From the NCBI GenBank assembly GCA_944393385.1, contig CALYAA010000001.1, forward strand, positions 123,896 to 187,895: 64,000 nucleotides of DNA, written 5' to 3'. Every line of letters starts with the position of its first letter. The stretch's first letter is position 1. This document shows positions 32,037 through 41,833 of this stretch, piece by piece. Below the pieces are notes generated by a model. That model searched no databases. It saw nothing but the letters and a program-made list of their open reading frames with translations, and was not told where the DNA came from. The stretch comes from an uncultured Clostridia bacterium (GTDB lineage Bacteria; Bacillota; Clostridia; TANB77; CAG-508). The position numbers and the translations under genes are program-made.

Positions 32037-33518
32037 ATGACAGATAAAATTCCAAATGAATTATTAGAAATTATAAGAAGCGGAGAAGGAGTTACAACAG
32101 AATTTAAAGAAGCAAATAAAAACTTACCACAAACACTATTTGAAACAGTATGTGCATTTTTAAACAGAAATGGAGGACACATTTTCTTAGGAATTGCAGA
32201 TAATGGAAAAATAATTGGCGTAGATAAAGAAAATATAACAAAACTAAAAAAAGACTTAACAAACTTATGTAGTAATCCAGAAAAAATAGATCCAACAGTA
32301 TATTTAAATATAAGAGAATACGAAATCGAAAAAAAGAAAATACTACATATATATGTTCATGAGAGTTCAATGGTACATAGAACTAATGGAACTGTTTTCG
32401 ATAGAAATGAAGATGGAGACTATAAAGTAAAAATATCAGAAAGAATAGCAAATATTTATGCTAGAAAGCAAAGTTTCTATACAGAAAATAAAGTATTTCC
32501 ATATGCTGAAATGTCTGACCTAAGAGAAGATTTAATAAAAAGAGCAAGACAAATGGCAATAAATAATAGTAGCAAAAATCATGTATGGACAGATATGTCA
32601 GATGAACAAATGATGCGAAGTTTAAACTTTATTGAAAAAGATTTGGTTACAGGAAAGGAAGGATTAACTCTTGCAGCAATACTATTATTTGGAAAAGACA
32701 CAACAATATTATCTGCTTTGCCACATCATAAAACAGACGCTATCTATAGAGTAAAAAATATAGACAGATATGATGATAGAGATGACATAAGAACAAATTT
32801 AATTGAAAGTTATGAAAGACTAATAGCGTTTATAGAAAAACATTTAGACGATAAATTTTATATAGAAGGAACGCAAAGAATAGATGTAAGAAATAAAATA
32901 GCAAGAGAATTATGTGCAAATCTTCTTATACACCGTGAATTTTCTAATCCATATCCAGCAAAACTAATTATAGAAAAAAATTGTATGAGAACAGAAAATG
33001 CAAATAGAGCCAAAATGATTGGAACTATTGATATTAACACATATGAACCTTATCCTAAAAATCCTAAAATAGCAAAATTCTTTAAAGAAATAGGACTAGC
33101 AGATGAACTTGGCTCTGGTGTAAGAAATATGGTTAAATATACAAAAATATATTCGGGTGGTGTGCCAATATTAAAAGAAGATGACATTTTTAGAACTATA
33201 ATTCCATTAGGGGATAATACATATATTGATAAAAACTATACAGAAAGCTATACAGAAAGCTATACAGAAAGCTATACAGAAAACTATACAGAAAACTATA
33301 CAGAAAAATTAAATGAAACACAAAGAAAAATTTTAGAATTAATTAAATTAAATCCAAGTATAACGCAAAAGATGATGATGGAAAAAATTAATTTAAGTAG
33401 ACCAGCAATAACATTAAATTTGAAACAATTAAAAGATAAAAAAATAATAGAAAGAGTTGGTTCAGATAGAAAAGGAAATTGGATTATAATAAAAAATAAT
33501 AATGATAGAAATACTTAA
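32037..33518 (+). CDS. AlbA_2 (Schlafen-like) + HATPase_c_4 + C-terminal winged-helix protein (putative transcriptional regulator / ATP-binding protein)
   Basis: AAGGAGG RBS. The N-terminus (TTEFKEA..LFETVCAFLNRNGGHIFLGI.DNGKIIGV) is typical of AlbA_2. Mid-region LLIHREFSNPYP...LGSGVRNM. C-terminal MarR-like wHTH. Confidence 0.7.
   Translation: MTDKIPNELLEIIRSGEGVTTEFKEANKNLPQTLFETVCAFLNRNGGHIFLGIADNGKIIGVDKENITKLKKDLTNLCSNPEKIDPTVYLNIREYEIEKKKILHIYVHESSMVHRTNGTVFDRNEDGDYKVKISERIANIYARKQSFYTENKVFPYAEMSDLREDLIKRARQMAINNSSKNHVWTDMSDEQMMRSLNFIEKDLVTGKEGLTLAAILLFGKDTTILSALPHHKTDAIYRVKNIDRYDDRDDIRTNLIESYERLIAFIEKHLDDKFYIEGTQRIDVRNKIARELCANLLIHREFSNPYPAKLIIEKNCMRTENANRAKMIGTIDINTYEPYPKNPKIAKFFKEIGLADELGSGVRNMVKYTKIYSGGVPILKEDDIFRTIIPLGDNTYIDKNYTESYTESYTESYTENYTENYTEKLNETQRKILELIKLNPSITQKMMMEKINLSRPAITLNLKQLKDKKIIERVGSDRKGNWIIIKNNNDRNT
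33235..33306 (+). repeat. In-frame 12-bp tandem repeat, 6 copies (RCTATACAGAAA), encoding (N/S)YTE x6
   Basis: The units are directly visible: ACTATACAGAAA, GCTATACAGAAA x3, ACTATACAGAAA x2. The repeat forms the linker between the ATPase-like and wHTH domains. Confidence 0.95.
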
Positions 33519-33548
33519 AAATAAAGGCTTGTTGATATATACCCTCTC

Positions 33549-33577
33549 TTTACAAAATACCCCTTATGGTATATAAT
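33549..33577 (+). promoter_or_regulatory. cop operon promoter (TTTACA-17-TATAAT) with a CsoR-type operator ATACCCCTTATGGTAT in the spacer
   Basis: -35 at 33549-33554 and -10 at 33572-33577. The inverted repeat ATACC-N6-GGTAT (33557-33572) resembles TACCC..GGGTA CsoR boxes. Confidence 0.55.
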
Positions 33578-33672
33578 ACTAAATGTTAAAGATAAAAAAT
33601 TCTTTAAAATCCAAAAACAAAGAAAGGAGAATTTCGTATAAGAAATACATTTCAATTATACGAGAAACAGGA

Positions 33673-33972
33673 ATGGAAAAAGAACTTTGTTGTAATAAAA
33701 AAACAATAAGAGGAGAAGAAGAAAAGAAAATTATCAATAACAGAATAAACAGAATAGAAGGGCAACTAAAAGGAATCAAAAAAATGATTGGGGAAGATGC
33801 ATATTGCAATGATGTTTTAATTCAATTATCTGCTATTGAAAACTCAATAAAAAGTTTATCAAACCATATACTAGAAAATCATTTATATAGTTGTGTAACA
33901 AGAGATTTAGAAAATGGTAAACTTGAAGTAATAGATGAGTTAATAAGTTTATTCAAAAAATTTAACAAATAA
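33673..33972 (+). CDS. csoR: Copper-sensing transcriptional repressor CsoR (DUF156 family)
   Basis: Motif RINRIEGQLKGIKKMI and the W-X-Y-Z Cys/His/Cys ligand pattern (C..., HxxxC: NHLYSC). Confidence 0.8.
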   Translation: MEKELCCNKKTIRGEEEKKIINNRINRIEGQLKGIKKMIGEDAYCNDVLIQLSAIENSIKSLSNHILENHLYSCVTRDLENGKLEVIDELISLFKKFNK

Positions 33973-33985
33973 CAAGGAGAATACA

Positions 33986-34405
33986 ATGAGTTTTATATTT
34001 GAAAGAAAAATCAATTATTATGAAACAGACAGAATGGGAGTAGTACACCACTCAAATTATATTAGATTTTTAGAAGAAGCAAGATGCTCTTGGCTAGAAA
34101 GTGTAGGAATGCCATTTTCACTATTAGAAGAAAATGGAATAACAATTCCTGTTTTAGGTGTAAGTTGTGAATATAAATATCATGTTACATTTGGAGATAT
34201 CATAATAATAACACCTTTTGTAAAAGAATATACAGGAGTAAGAATGACAGTAGGGTATGATGTAAAAGACAAAAAAACAGGAAAAACAGTACTTATTGGA
34301 GAAACAAAGCATTGTTTTACTAACATAGAATTAAGACCAATAAACTTAAAAAAACATGCAAAAGAATTTAGTGATAAATTTGAAAATCTATTAGAAAAAA
34401 AGTAA
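33986..34405 (+). CDS. YbgC/4HBT-family acyl-CoA thioesterase
   Basis: Motif YYETDRMGVVHHSNYIRFLEEAR is typical of hot-dog-fold thioesterases. Confidence 0.75.
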   Translation: MSFIFERKINYYETDRMGVVHHSNYIRFLEEARCSWLESVGMPFSLLEENGITIPVLGVSCEYKYHVTFGDIIIITPFVKEYTGVRMTVGYDVKDKKTGKTVLIGETKHCFTNIELRPINLKKHAKEFSDKFENLLEKK

Positions 34406-34466
34406 ATATTAAAACAGCAGAATAATTCTGCACAAATTTGTAATTTAAGAAAGGAATGTGATTAAA

Positions 34467-34673
34467 ATGAAAGAAACAATAATAAATGTAAAAGGTATGG
34501 TATGTAATGGATGTGAAAATAGAGTTAAAAATGCTCTAAAAACAATAGATGGAGTAGAAGAAGTAGAGGCAAATTACACAAATGGAATAGTAAAAGTAAC
34601 ATCAAAAGACGAAGTTGAAGAAAGCTCTCTAAAAGATAAAATTGAAGACATTGGATTTGAAGTTGAAAAATAA
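34467..34673 (+). CDS. copZ: Copper chaperone CopZ (heavy-metal-associated domain)
   Basis: GMVCNGC metal-binding motif. 68 aa. RBS AAAGGAA lies 10 nt upstream of the ATG at 34467. Confidence 0.85.
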   Translation: MKETIINVKGMVCNGCENRVKNALKTIDGVEEVEANYTNGIVKVTSKDEVEESSLKDKIEDIGFEVEK

Positions 34674-34705
34674 TTTCAAGGCATTTAGAAAGGAATAAAA
34701 TAAAA

Positions 34706-36902
34706 ATGAAAAAAATTATTTTATCAATTGATGGAATGACGTGTAGTGCCTGTTCAAACGGATTAGAAAAATATTTAAACAAACAAAATGGAGTTTATAA
34801 TGCATCAGTTAATTTAGTAATGGCAAATGCAACTGTAGATTATGATGAAAATATTTTAAATCAAGAAAAAATAGAAGAATTTGTAAAACAAGCAGGGTTC
34901 AAGAGCTTAGGAGAATTTAAAGAAATTAAATTTGAAGAAAAAAGTAAAAAAGAAAAAATAAAATTTATTGTATTTACTATTTTAGCAATAGTTCTAATGT
35001 ATATATCAATGGGACATATGATAAATTTACCAACAATTCCGTTTCTTGATCCTCATACAAATTCTACAAATTATATGATTAGTTTACTAATTTTAACTAT
35101 ATGCTTTATGTGGTATGGATTTGATATTTTAAAAAACGGATACAAAAATTTAATACACAAAACACCCAATATGGACACCTTAGTAGGAATAGGTGTTATA
35201 ACAAGCTTTTTATATAGTTTATATAATATGTATTTAGTATTGGCTGGAGACCATACACAAGTTATGAATTTATATTTTGAGTCTGCAAGTATAGTAATTT
35301 ATTTTATAAAACTTGGCAGATATATTGATGGACTTAGTAAAGACAAAACAAAAGAAGCAATACAAAAATTAGTAAAAATTACCCCAAATACAGCAGTAAT
35401 AAAAGTAAACGGAGTAGAAAAACAAGTAACACTTGATGAAATACATAAAGGAGACATTGTTGTATCAAAAGCAGGAGAAAAAATTGCAGTAGATGGAGAA
35501 ATAATAACTGGAAAAGCACATTTAGATGAATCATTTATAACAGGAGAAAGTAAGCCAGCATCTAAAGAAGTTGGAAGCAAAGTAATTGCTGGAAGCTTAA
35601 ATTATGATGGATATATTGAATATAAAGCAGAAAAAATAGGAAGAGAATCTACTGTATCTGAAATTGTAAGATTAGTTGTTGAAGCTAGTAACACAAAAGC
35701 ACCAATAGCAAAAATAGCAGATAAAGTATCTGGATATTTTGTGCCAGCAGTAATTGCTATAGCAATTGTTACATTTTTTGCATATTTAGTCATTGGAAAA
35801 GATATTGGAACTGCTATAACAACATTTGTAACAGTATTAGTTGTAGCCTGTCCATGTAGTTTAGGATTAGCAACACCTCTTGCAATAGTTGTAAGTGAAG
35901 GAAAATGTGCATCAAACGGAATTTTAATAAAGAAAAGTGAAATTTTAGAAAATGCACAAAAAGTAAACACAATAGTTTTTGACAAAACAGGAACTTTAAC
36001 ATATGGAAAACTAAAAATAGCAGAAGTAATCAATTATAGTTCTCTTGAACAAAATAGCTTATTACAACTAGCTCGGAAGCATAGAAAGTAAATCAACACA
36101 TCCAATAGGAAAAGCATTTACAGATTATTTAGAAGAAAATAAAATTAGTGTATTAGATGTACAGGAATTTGAAAATATTGTTGGTCTAGGAATAACAGGA
36201 AAAATAAATCAAGAAAAGATATTACTAGGAAACTCAAAAATAATAGAAAAATACAATATCAAAAATAATCATTTAGAAGATGAAAAAAAATTAGCAGAAA
36301 AAGGAAATAGCATTATTTATGTAGTAAAAGACAAAGAAATATTAGGTATCATTGGAGTAAATGATGTAATAAGAGAAGAAAGCAAAGAAGTTATAGAACA
36401 ATTATCTAAGATGAAAATAGAAACAATTATGCTAACAGGAGACAACAAAGAAACTGCAGAAAAAATAGCAAAAGAAATAGGAATAACAAAAGTAATATCT
36501 AATGTATTACCAGCAGAAAAAACAAACACAATAAAAGAATTAAAACAACAAAACAAATTTGTAATGATGTGTGGAGACGGAATAAACGACAGTCCAGCAC
36601 TTGCAAATGCAGATATTGGAATAAGTGTAAATAGTGGAACAGATATAGCAATGGATTCTTCAGAAGTAATATTAACAAATAATGACTTAAACAGTATTAT
36701 AAAATTAATAAATATCAGTAAAAAAACAATACGAAATATCAAACAAAATCTATTCTGGGCATTTTTCTACAACTGTTTAATGATACCAATAGCAATTGGA
36801 ATATTAAAACCAATAGGAATTTCAATAAATCCAATGATAGCAAGTGTAGCCATGGTATTAAGCAGTATTACAGTAATATTAAATGCATTAAGACTTAGAT
36901 AA
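34706..36902 (+). pseudogene. copA: Copper-translocating P-type ATPase CopA. The reading frame is broken at in-frame CGG 36074-36076 and the remainder is intact in the +1 frame
   Basis: N-terminal HMA motif GMTCSAC, TGES and CPC. After the shift: SIESKSTHPIGKAF, MLTGDN, GDGINDSPAL. The frame-0 stop is at 36089-36091. The +1 frame is open from 36075 to 36902. Confidence 0.9.
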
Positions 36903-36925
36903 ATTAGTGCATGTTCTATTTTTGC
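36901..36925 (+). repeat. Single degenerate copy of the post-stop repeat (AAATTAGTGCATGTTCTATTTTTGC)
   Basis: It starts within the copA stop codon and shares AAATTAGTGC..GTTCTATTTTT with the other copies. Confidence 0.55.
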
Positions 36926-37000
36926 TTTTTTTATTTTTAATATGGTAAAATTTAATTGTTTATGTTATACTTTTAATATACAAAGAGTGGAGGAAGAAAA

Positions 37001-37867
37001 ATGATTGATTTTACTAATGCAATAGAACAACTTAATAGTTATAGAGGATCAGAAAAAAAGAAGACTTTAATATATAATGATCATAAATATTTAGTCAAAT
37101 TTCCAGATCCAATTAGAGAAAAAAATAAGAATATATCATATATAAATAATGCTTTTTCTGAATACATTGGAAGTAACATATTTAAAATTGTAGGAATAAA
37201 AACGCAAAATACAATACTAGGAAAATATCAATATAATGGAAAAGAAAAAATTGTATGTGCTTGTGAAGACTTTACAGATGAAAAACATGTTTTATATGAG
37301 TTTGAAAATTTAGCACTAAGTACTAATCCAGACAAAAAAATTGAAACTGAATTAAATGATATAATGGAAGTTATAGAAGAAAGCAAAATGATAAATAATA
37401 TAGAAACAAAAGAAAAATTTTGGGATATGTTTGTAATAGATAGCTTAATAGGAAATACAGATAGACATAATGGAAATTGGGGATTTTTATTAAACAAGAC
37501 AACAGGAAAAGTTAGTTTTTCTCCAATATATGATTGTGGCTCTTGCTTAAATCCTATGTTAGAAGATGAAGAAATAGAGAATATGAGCCAAATAGAACTT
37601 AAAAATCTAGCAATAAACTGTTATTCTTGTATAAAAGAAAATGGAAAGAAAATAAATTATATGTCATATATAAGACAAATGCAAAATGAAGAATGTAATA
37701 ATGCTATAAAGAGATTATTTAGCAATATTAATATAGAAGAAATTAACAAATTTATTGATAATATAGAATGTATATCAAATATAAGAAAAGACTTTTACAA
37801 AAATATTATAGAACAAAGATATGAAATTATAAAAATTGTCATAGCAAAAATATTGACATTAACTTAG
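37001..37867 (+). CDS. HipA-C-terminal-domain-like Ser/Thr kinase (short, orphan)
   Basis: GGAGGA RBS. The catalytic-loop motif SLIGNTDRHNGNWGFL matches the HipA-family GNxDRHxxN. Confidence 0.65.
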   Translation: MIDFTNAIEQLNSYRGSEKKKTLIYNDHKYLVKFPDPIREKNKNISYINNAFSEYIGSNIFKIVGIKTQNTILGKYQYNGKEKIVCACEDFTDEKHVLYEFENLALSTNPDKKIETELNDIMEVIEESKMINNIETKEKFWDMFVIDSLIGNTDRHNGNWGFLLNKTTGKVSFSPIYDCGSCLNPMLEDEEIENMSQIELKNLAINCYSCIKENGKKINYMSYIRQMQNEECNNAIKRLFSNINIEEINKFIDNIECISNIRKDFYKNIIEQRYEIIKIVIAKILTLT

Positions 37868-37943
37868 ATATAGAGAAAATCCAAATGAAAGTTGGGAAAA
37901 CTTTTCATTACTTTCCAAAAGACTGATAAAGAATATTAGTTGA

Positions 37944-38034
37944 AAAAAGTGCCGATTCTATTTTTAGCAATTGCTAAAAATAGAACCGGCACTAAATTTA
38001 CAACAAGGGAAAAAAGAGAACCGGCACCAAATTG
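37944..38034. repeat. Three copies of the GTGCCG(A/G)TTCT motif: one plus-oriented and two minus-oriented. The first two form a long hairpin between convergent genes
   Basis: AGTGCCGATTCTATTTTTAGC-AAT-TGCTAAAAATAGAACCGGCACT (37948-37993), followed by GGGAAAAAAGAGAACCGGCACCAAATTG. Confidence 0.8.
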
Positions 38035-38043
38035 ACCAAATTT

Positions 38044-40011
38044 TCAAATATATTTTTCGCTTATTGAACCATTTTTATAAGCATCCAAAAGCTTCTCTAA
38101 GTCAGCAATTTGGTCTTTTAATTCTTTGCCTTTATCAGTATCTTTGATTAGTTTCCTTTCAACCTTTTCAACAATTTGCCTTTCAGAATGTAAATCTGTT
38201 TCATTAATAATAGCATTTTCTCTTGAAGTGAAAGGTTCATGAGCAACTAATGTAAGTCCATATGAACTATATCTTAAAGTATATCCAGCAATTCCAGTAG
38301 TTCTCTGATATGCTTTAGATAAGCCTCCATCAATTATAAACAATTTTCCATTAGCTTTAATTGGACTTTCACCAGCTTTAAATTTAACAGGAATATGTCC
38401 ACAAATTATATGCCCTTTACTAGAGTCTATACCAAATTCTTCTAAAACTTTAATAGATATATTTTCATCATTTTCAAAATTATAGAATGGATTTTTAATT
38501 TCTTCCCATGTTTCTTTGTCATTTAAATAATATCTTTCAAAAGTTTTCATTTTATCTTTACAAAATATAGGTGAATTTTTACCACACCATAAATACCATA
38601 AAAAATCCTTTCCATTTTCTCTTTTTTCTGAACCTTCAGGTTCAAAATAACCTTGACGTGCTATCTTTTCAACATAATCTAAATATTCTTTTCCTTTTAA
38701 CTCTTTACCATTAATATTAACTTTAACAAATTCTCCAGCAGAATCCATAGGAACACAACCATGTATTAAAAGGTTGTCATTAAATACTTTATAAATATTT
38801 CCTTTTGAATATAAAAATTGGATATGTCTTTGTAGTTTTTCACTATTTTTAAAAGATTTTACTAGTTTTTTTACAACATCTTTTTCTTTCATGCTTAATT
38901 CATAAGGATTATTAGGATTAATTGTTGGAAAGTAATCCTCGACTAAATCATATGTTTTTCCATTAATATAAATTTTACCTTTTTTATAATTAATTTTATC
39001 AAGTAAAAGCCTATCATCCATTTCATATTCAGGATGTTTTTTTATTATTGCACCTTCTAGCTTAAATTGAATTATAGCTGCAGCTTGTTGAGTTTTTTCC
39101 ATAATAATTTGGTCAAACTGACTATTTTTCTCGTCAACATTTTTAGGCTTAAATATTACTGAATTTTTATCACCATATTCTTCCATAGCAAATTCAGTAA
39201 TAGTTCTAATATTAATTCCATATCCTTCTTCTAAAATATCTAAATTATTATATCTAGCACATATTCTAATAACATTAAAAATACAAGCTTCACTTCCAGC
39301 AGCAGCACCCATCCATATAATATCATGATTTCCCCATTCTATATCAATTGAATGATATTTCATAAGTTCATCAATAATTATATCAGGACCAGGGCCTCTA
39401 TCATAAATATCACCAATAATGTGCATATGGTCTACAGCTAATTGTTGAATCAAATAAGATATAGTAATAATAAAAGCATCAGCTCTACCAAGAGAAATTA
39501 TACTGTCTATAATTTTATCATAATAACTTTCTTTATCAAAAGTATCTTGACTAGAATGTAAAAGTTCATTTATTATATATTGATAATCTTTTGGGATGGC
39601 CTTTCTTACTTTAGATCTACTGTATTTAGAACCAACAACTTTACAAATTTTTATTAATCTAAATAAAGTTATTCTATAAAATTCACCTAAATTTGCAGTT
39701 TCTTTTTTTATTAATTCAAGTTTTTCTTTTGGATAGTATATAAGAGTAGCAAATCTTCTTCTTTCAGATTGAGTCATATCATTTTTAAAAATATCATCTA
39801 TTTTTGTTTTAATAACTCCAGATGCATTTTTTAAAATATGTAAAAAAGATTCATATTCTCCATGTAAATCACTTAAAAAATGCTCAGTTCCTTTGGGTAA
39901 ATTAAGAATTGCTTCTAAATTAATTATTTCTGTACATACACTTTGCACAGTTGGAAATCTTTCTGACAAAATTTCTAGGTATTTTAATTCATTTTTTTCA
40001 TAATTGCTCAT
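38044..40011 (-). CDS. fbp: Fructose-1,6-bisphosphatase class 3
   Basis: 655 aa. The N-terminus (YLEILSERFPT...AILNLPKGTEHFLSDLHGEYESF) and the GDIYDRGP / WGNHD metallophosphatase motifs are typical of Firmicute Fbp class 3. Confidence 0.92.
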   Translation of the reverse strand: MSNYEKNELKYLEILSERFPTVQSVCTEIINLEAILNLPKGTEHFLSDLHGEYESFLHILKNASGVIKTKIDDIFKNDMTQSERRRFATLIYYPKEKLELIKKETANLGEFYRITLFRLIKICKVVGSKYSRSKVRKAIPKDYQYIINELLHSSQDTFDKESYYDKIIDSIISLGRADAFIITISYLIQQLAVDHMHIIGDIYDRGPGPDIIIDELMKYHSIDIEWGNHDIIWMGAAAGSEACIFNVIRICARYNNLDILEEGYGINIRTITEFAMEEYGDKNSVIFKPKNVDEKNSQFDQIIMEKTQQAAAIIQFKLEGAIIKKHPEYEMDDRLLLDKINYKKGKIYINGKTYDLVEDYFPTINPNNPYELSMKEKDVVKKLVKSFKNSEKLQRHIQFLYSKGNIYKVFNDNLLIHGCVPMDSAGEFVKVNINGKELKGKEYLDYVEKIARQGYFEPEGSEKRENGKDFLWYLWCGKNSPIFCKDKMKTFERYYLNDKETWEEIKNPFYNFENDENISIKVLEEFGIDSSKGHIICGHIPVKFKAGESPIKANGKLFIIDGGLSKAYQRTTGIAGYTLRYSSYGLTLVAHEPFTSRENAIINETDLHSERQIVEKVERKLIKDTDKGKELKDQIADLEKLLDAYKNGSISEKYI

Positions 40012-40185
40012 ATATTTCTCCTTTTATTAAGTTAGTATTATAAAAAATTTAAAATATATACTAATAAAAAGTAGTACTTTGCCATTATATCATCTATTCA
40101 CATAAAAGGAAATAGATAATTTTATTGAAAAAAAGTTATTGTTGTGATACTATTTAGACATAAAAATGTAAAGGAGGAAATTTTT

Positions 40186-40752
40186 ATGAGAAAAAATATT
40201 AAAACAACAGAAGCAATATTTCCAATGCCAGTATTAATGATTGCAACATATAATGAAGATGGAAGTGTTGATGTAATGAATGCAGCATGGGGAACTATGC
40301 TAGACAGAGATAAAGTAATTCTTAATTTAACAGAAACACATAAAACAGTAAAAAATATTAAAGAAAGAAAAGCATTTACAGTAAGTATTGCAGACGCAAA
40401 ACATGTTGTAGAAGCTGATTATTTTGGAGTAGTATCTGGAAATAATACAAGAAATAAATTTGAAAATACTAAACTTACAGCTACAAAATCAGAAAATGTA
40501 GATGCACCAATTATAAATGAATTTCCAATTTGTATGGAATGTGAATTTATAGAATATCAAGGAGATGAAACAGGATGTGGTGTAATAGGCAAAATAGTTA
40601 ATGTATCTGCTGATGAAAGTGTTATGAATGGAGACAATGTAGATATTTCTTTAGTTGATGCAATTAGTTTTGACCCATATACACATGGATACTATAAAGT
40701 GACTGAAAGAGTTGGAGAAGCATTTAAAGATGGATTACAATTAAAAAAATAA
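40186..40752 (+). CDS. Flavin reductase-like (FMN-binding split-barrel) protein
   Basis: AAGGAGG RBS. Motif PMPVLMIATYNEDGSVDVMNAAWG. Confidence 0.7.
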   Translation: MRKNIKTTEAIFPMPVLMIATYNEDGSVDVMNAAWGTMLDRDKVILNLTETHKTVKNIKERKAFTVSIADAKHVVEADYFGVVSGNNTRNKFENTKLTATKSENVDAPIINEFPICMECEFIEYQGDETGCGVIGKIVNVSADESVMNGDNVDISLVDAISFDPYTHGYYKVTERVGEAFKDGLQLKK

Positions 40753-40760
40753 AATAAAGA

Positions 40761-40793
40761 AGCTAGTTTTAATCAACAAGACTAAAACTAGCT
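40761..40793. terminator. Bidirectional hairpin terminator
   Basis: AGCTAGTTTTA / TAAAACTAGCT is a perfect 11-bp stem between convergent genes. Confidence 0.7.
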
Positions 40794-40817
40794 AATATAT
40801 TTTTAGGGAAAAAGTAA

Positions 40818-41216
40818 TTACTTCAAAATAACTATTCTTTTTGTTTTATCTGTAGTAGCTAAGAAAGCAGTATTCCTAACTTTAAAATTATCAATCCAAT
40901 CAATATTAACATAAATTGATTTAAAATATAGTAACATATATAAATTACCAGTTTCACAAACGAATCCCATTATATCAGTTGTTTTATCAAAAAAAGAAGC
41001 CTTGCCGTTTGATGTTTTTTCTAAACATATTACTCTATCTTCATTGTAATGATAACAATAGTCAAGATGAGTATTTGTCTCATAAACACTTTTTGAATTT
41101 TTTAACTCATTAAAAGTTTCTTTGCTTAAGAAAACCAAAGTATGAATTTCACTCAAAAAAATATTACGAATATCCTGCACAATATCATTGCTGTGGGTGA
41201 TTTCTTCAAATAGCAT
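40818..41216 (-). CDS. Hypothetical protein
   Basis: GGAGG RBS upstream of the ATG at 41216 (the longer ORF to 41249 lacks one). No family recognised. Confidence 0.45.
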   Translation of the reverse strand: MLFEEITHSNDIVQDIRNIFLSEIHTLVFLSKETFNELKNSKSVYETNTHLDYCYHYNEDRVICLEKTSNGKASFFDKTTDIMGFVCETGNLYMLLYFKSIYVNIDWIDNFKVRNTAFLATTDKTKRIVILK

Positions 41217-41433
41217 ATTATACCTCCAAGCAGTTAAAACATAGACCAAAAAATTATTGATATTATTCCCTAAAAATATAATATATCCAAAAGAGATATA
41301 TTAAGTGAAATTATAGCAAAAAATCAAGATTTTTTCAAGATATAAAAATTATATTACAATTTACAAAAATTATTGAATATTTTTTTCTTTTATGATACAT
41401 TAAAAATAATAATAATAAAGGAGATGTTGTATT

Positions 41434-41709
41434 ATGAAAAAAGATACTAAAATTTTATGTATTGTATTAGCAATAATAATAGCTTTAGGAGTAATATTCT
41501 TTATATTTGATTACAACAGAGTGAAAAACAATGAAACACCAATATTTTGCATAAACAGTGCTACTTATAGAGATGGAGGAAGCAAAGAATATTTAGGGCT
41601 AGGTTACAAAGTAATTGACTTTAATAGAACCAATGGATATGATGTAATGAAAATTGGAACGTGGTTTATGAATTATGAAGACTTTATAGAAGAATATGGA
41701 AAAATGTAA
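41434..41709 (+). CDS. Small membrane-anchored hypothetical protein
   Basis: AAGGAG RBS and an N-terminal TM helix. 91 aa. Confidence 0.5.
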   Translation: MKKDTKILCIVLAIIIALGVIFFIFDYNRVKNNETPIFCINSATYRDGGSKEYLGLGYKVIDFNRTNGYDVMKIGTWFMNYEDFIEEYGKM

Positions 41710-41734
41710 ATTTAGTGCCGGTTCTCTTTTTTCC
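41708..41734 (+). repeat. Post-stop repeat copy (AAATTTAGTGCCGGTTCTCTTTTTTCC)
   Basis: It begins in the TAA stop codon. The expected second unit is replaced by the IS-end-like repeat. Confidence 0.75.
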
Positions 41735-41748
41735 TTTTGGGAAAATTG

Positions 41749-41806
41749 TGAAGTGAACCCAAATTATTAGACAAAAAAGTTTAATAAGGAAGGTTCATTT
41801 TTTACT
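41749..41806 (+). mobile_element. IS-end-like repeat, copy 1 (TGAAGTGAACCCAAATTATTAGACAAAAAAGTTTAATAAGGAAGGTTCATTTTTTA)
   Basis: About 80 percent identical by eye to 49517-49574. It starts with TG, as IS3-family ends do. No ORF follows it. Confidence 0.4.
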
Positions 41807-41813
41807 TTTTTCA

Positions 41814-41833
41814 ATCTTACAAAACTGTAAGAT
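41814..41833. promoter_or_regulatory. BceR-type box, perfect 8-4-8 inverted repeat ATCTTACA-AAAC-TGTAAGAT
   Basis: Matches TNACA-N4-TGTAA. It lies about 140 nt upstream of the collapsed transporter ORF. Confidence 0.6.

Noticed and set aside
35299-36742. Minus-strand ORFs inside copA (35299-35580, 35602-36033, 36317-36742). Also considered: the frame break as an E. coli CopA(Z)-type programmed -1 frameshift.
   Set aside because: The antisense ORFs lack any support. The E. coli CopA(Z) event is a -1 slip just after the first metal-binding domain on a slippery run. Here the shift is +1, lies deep in the N-domain, and has no slippery heptamer.
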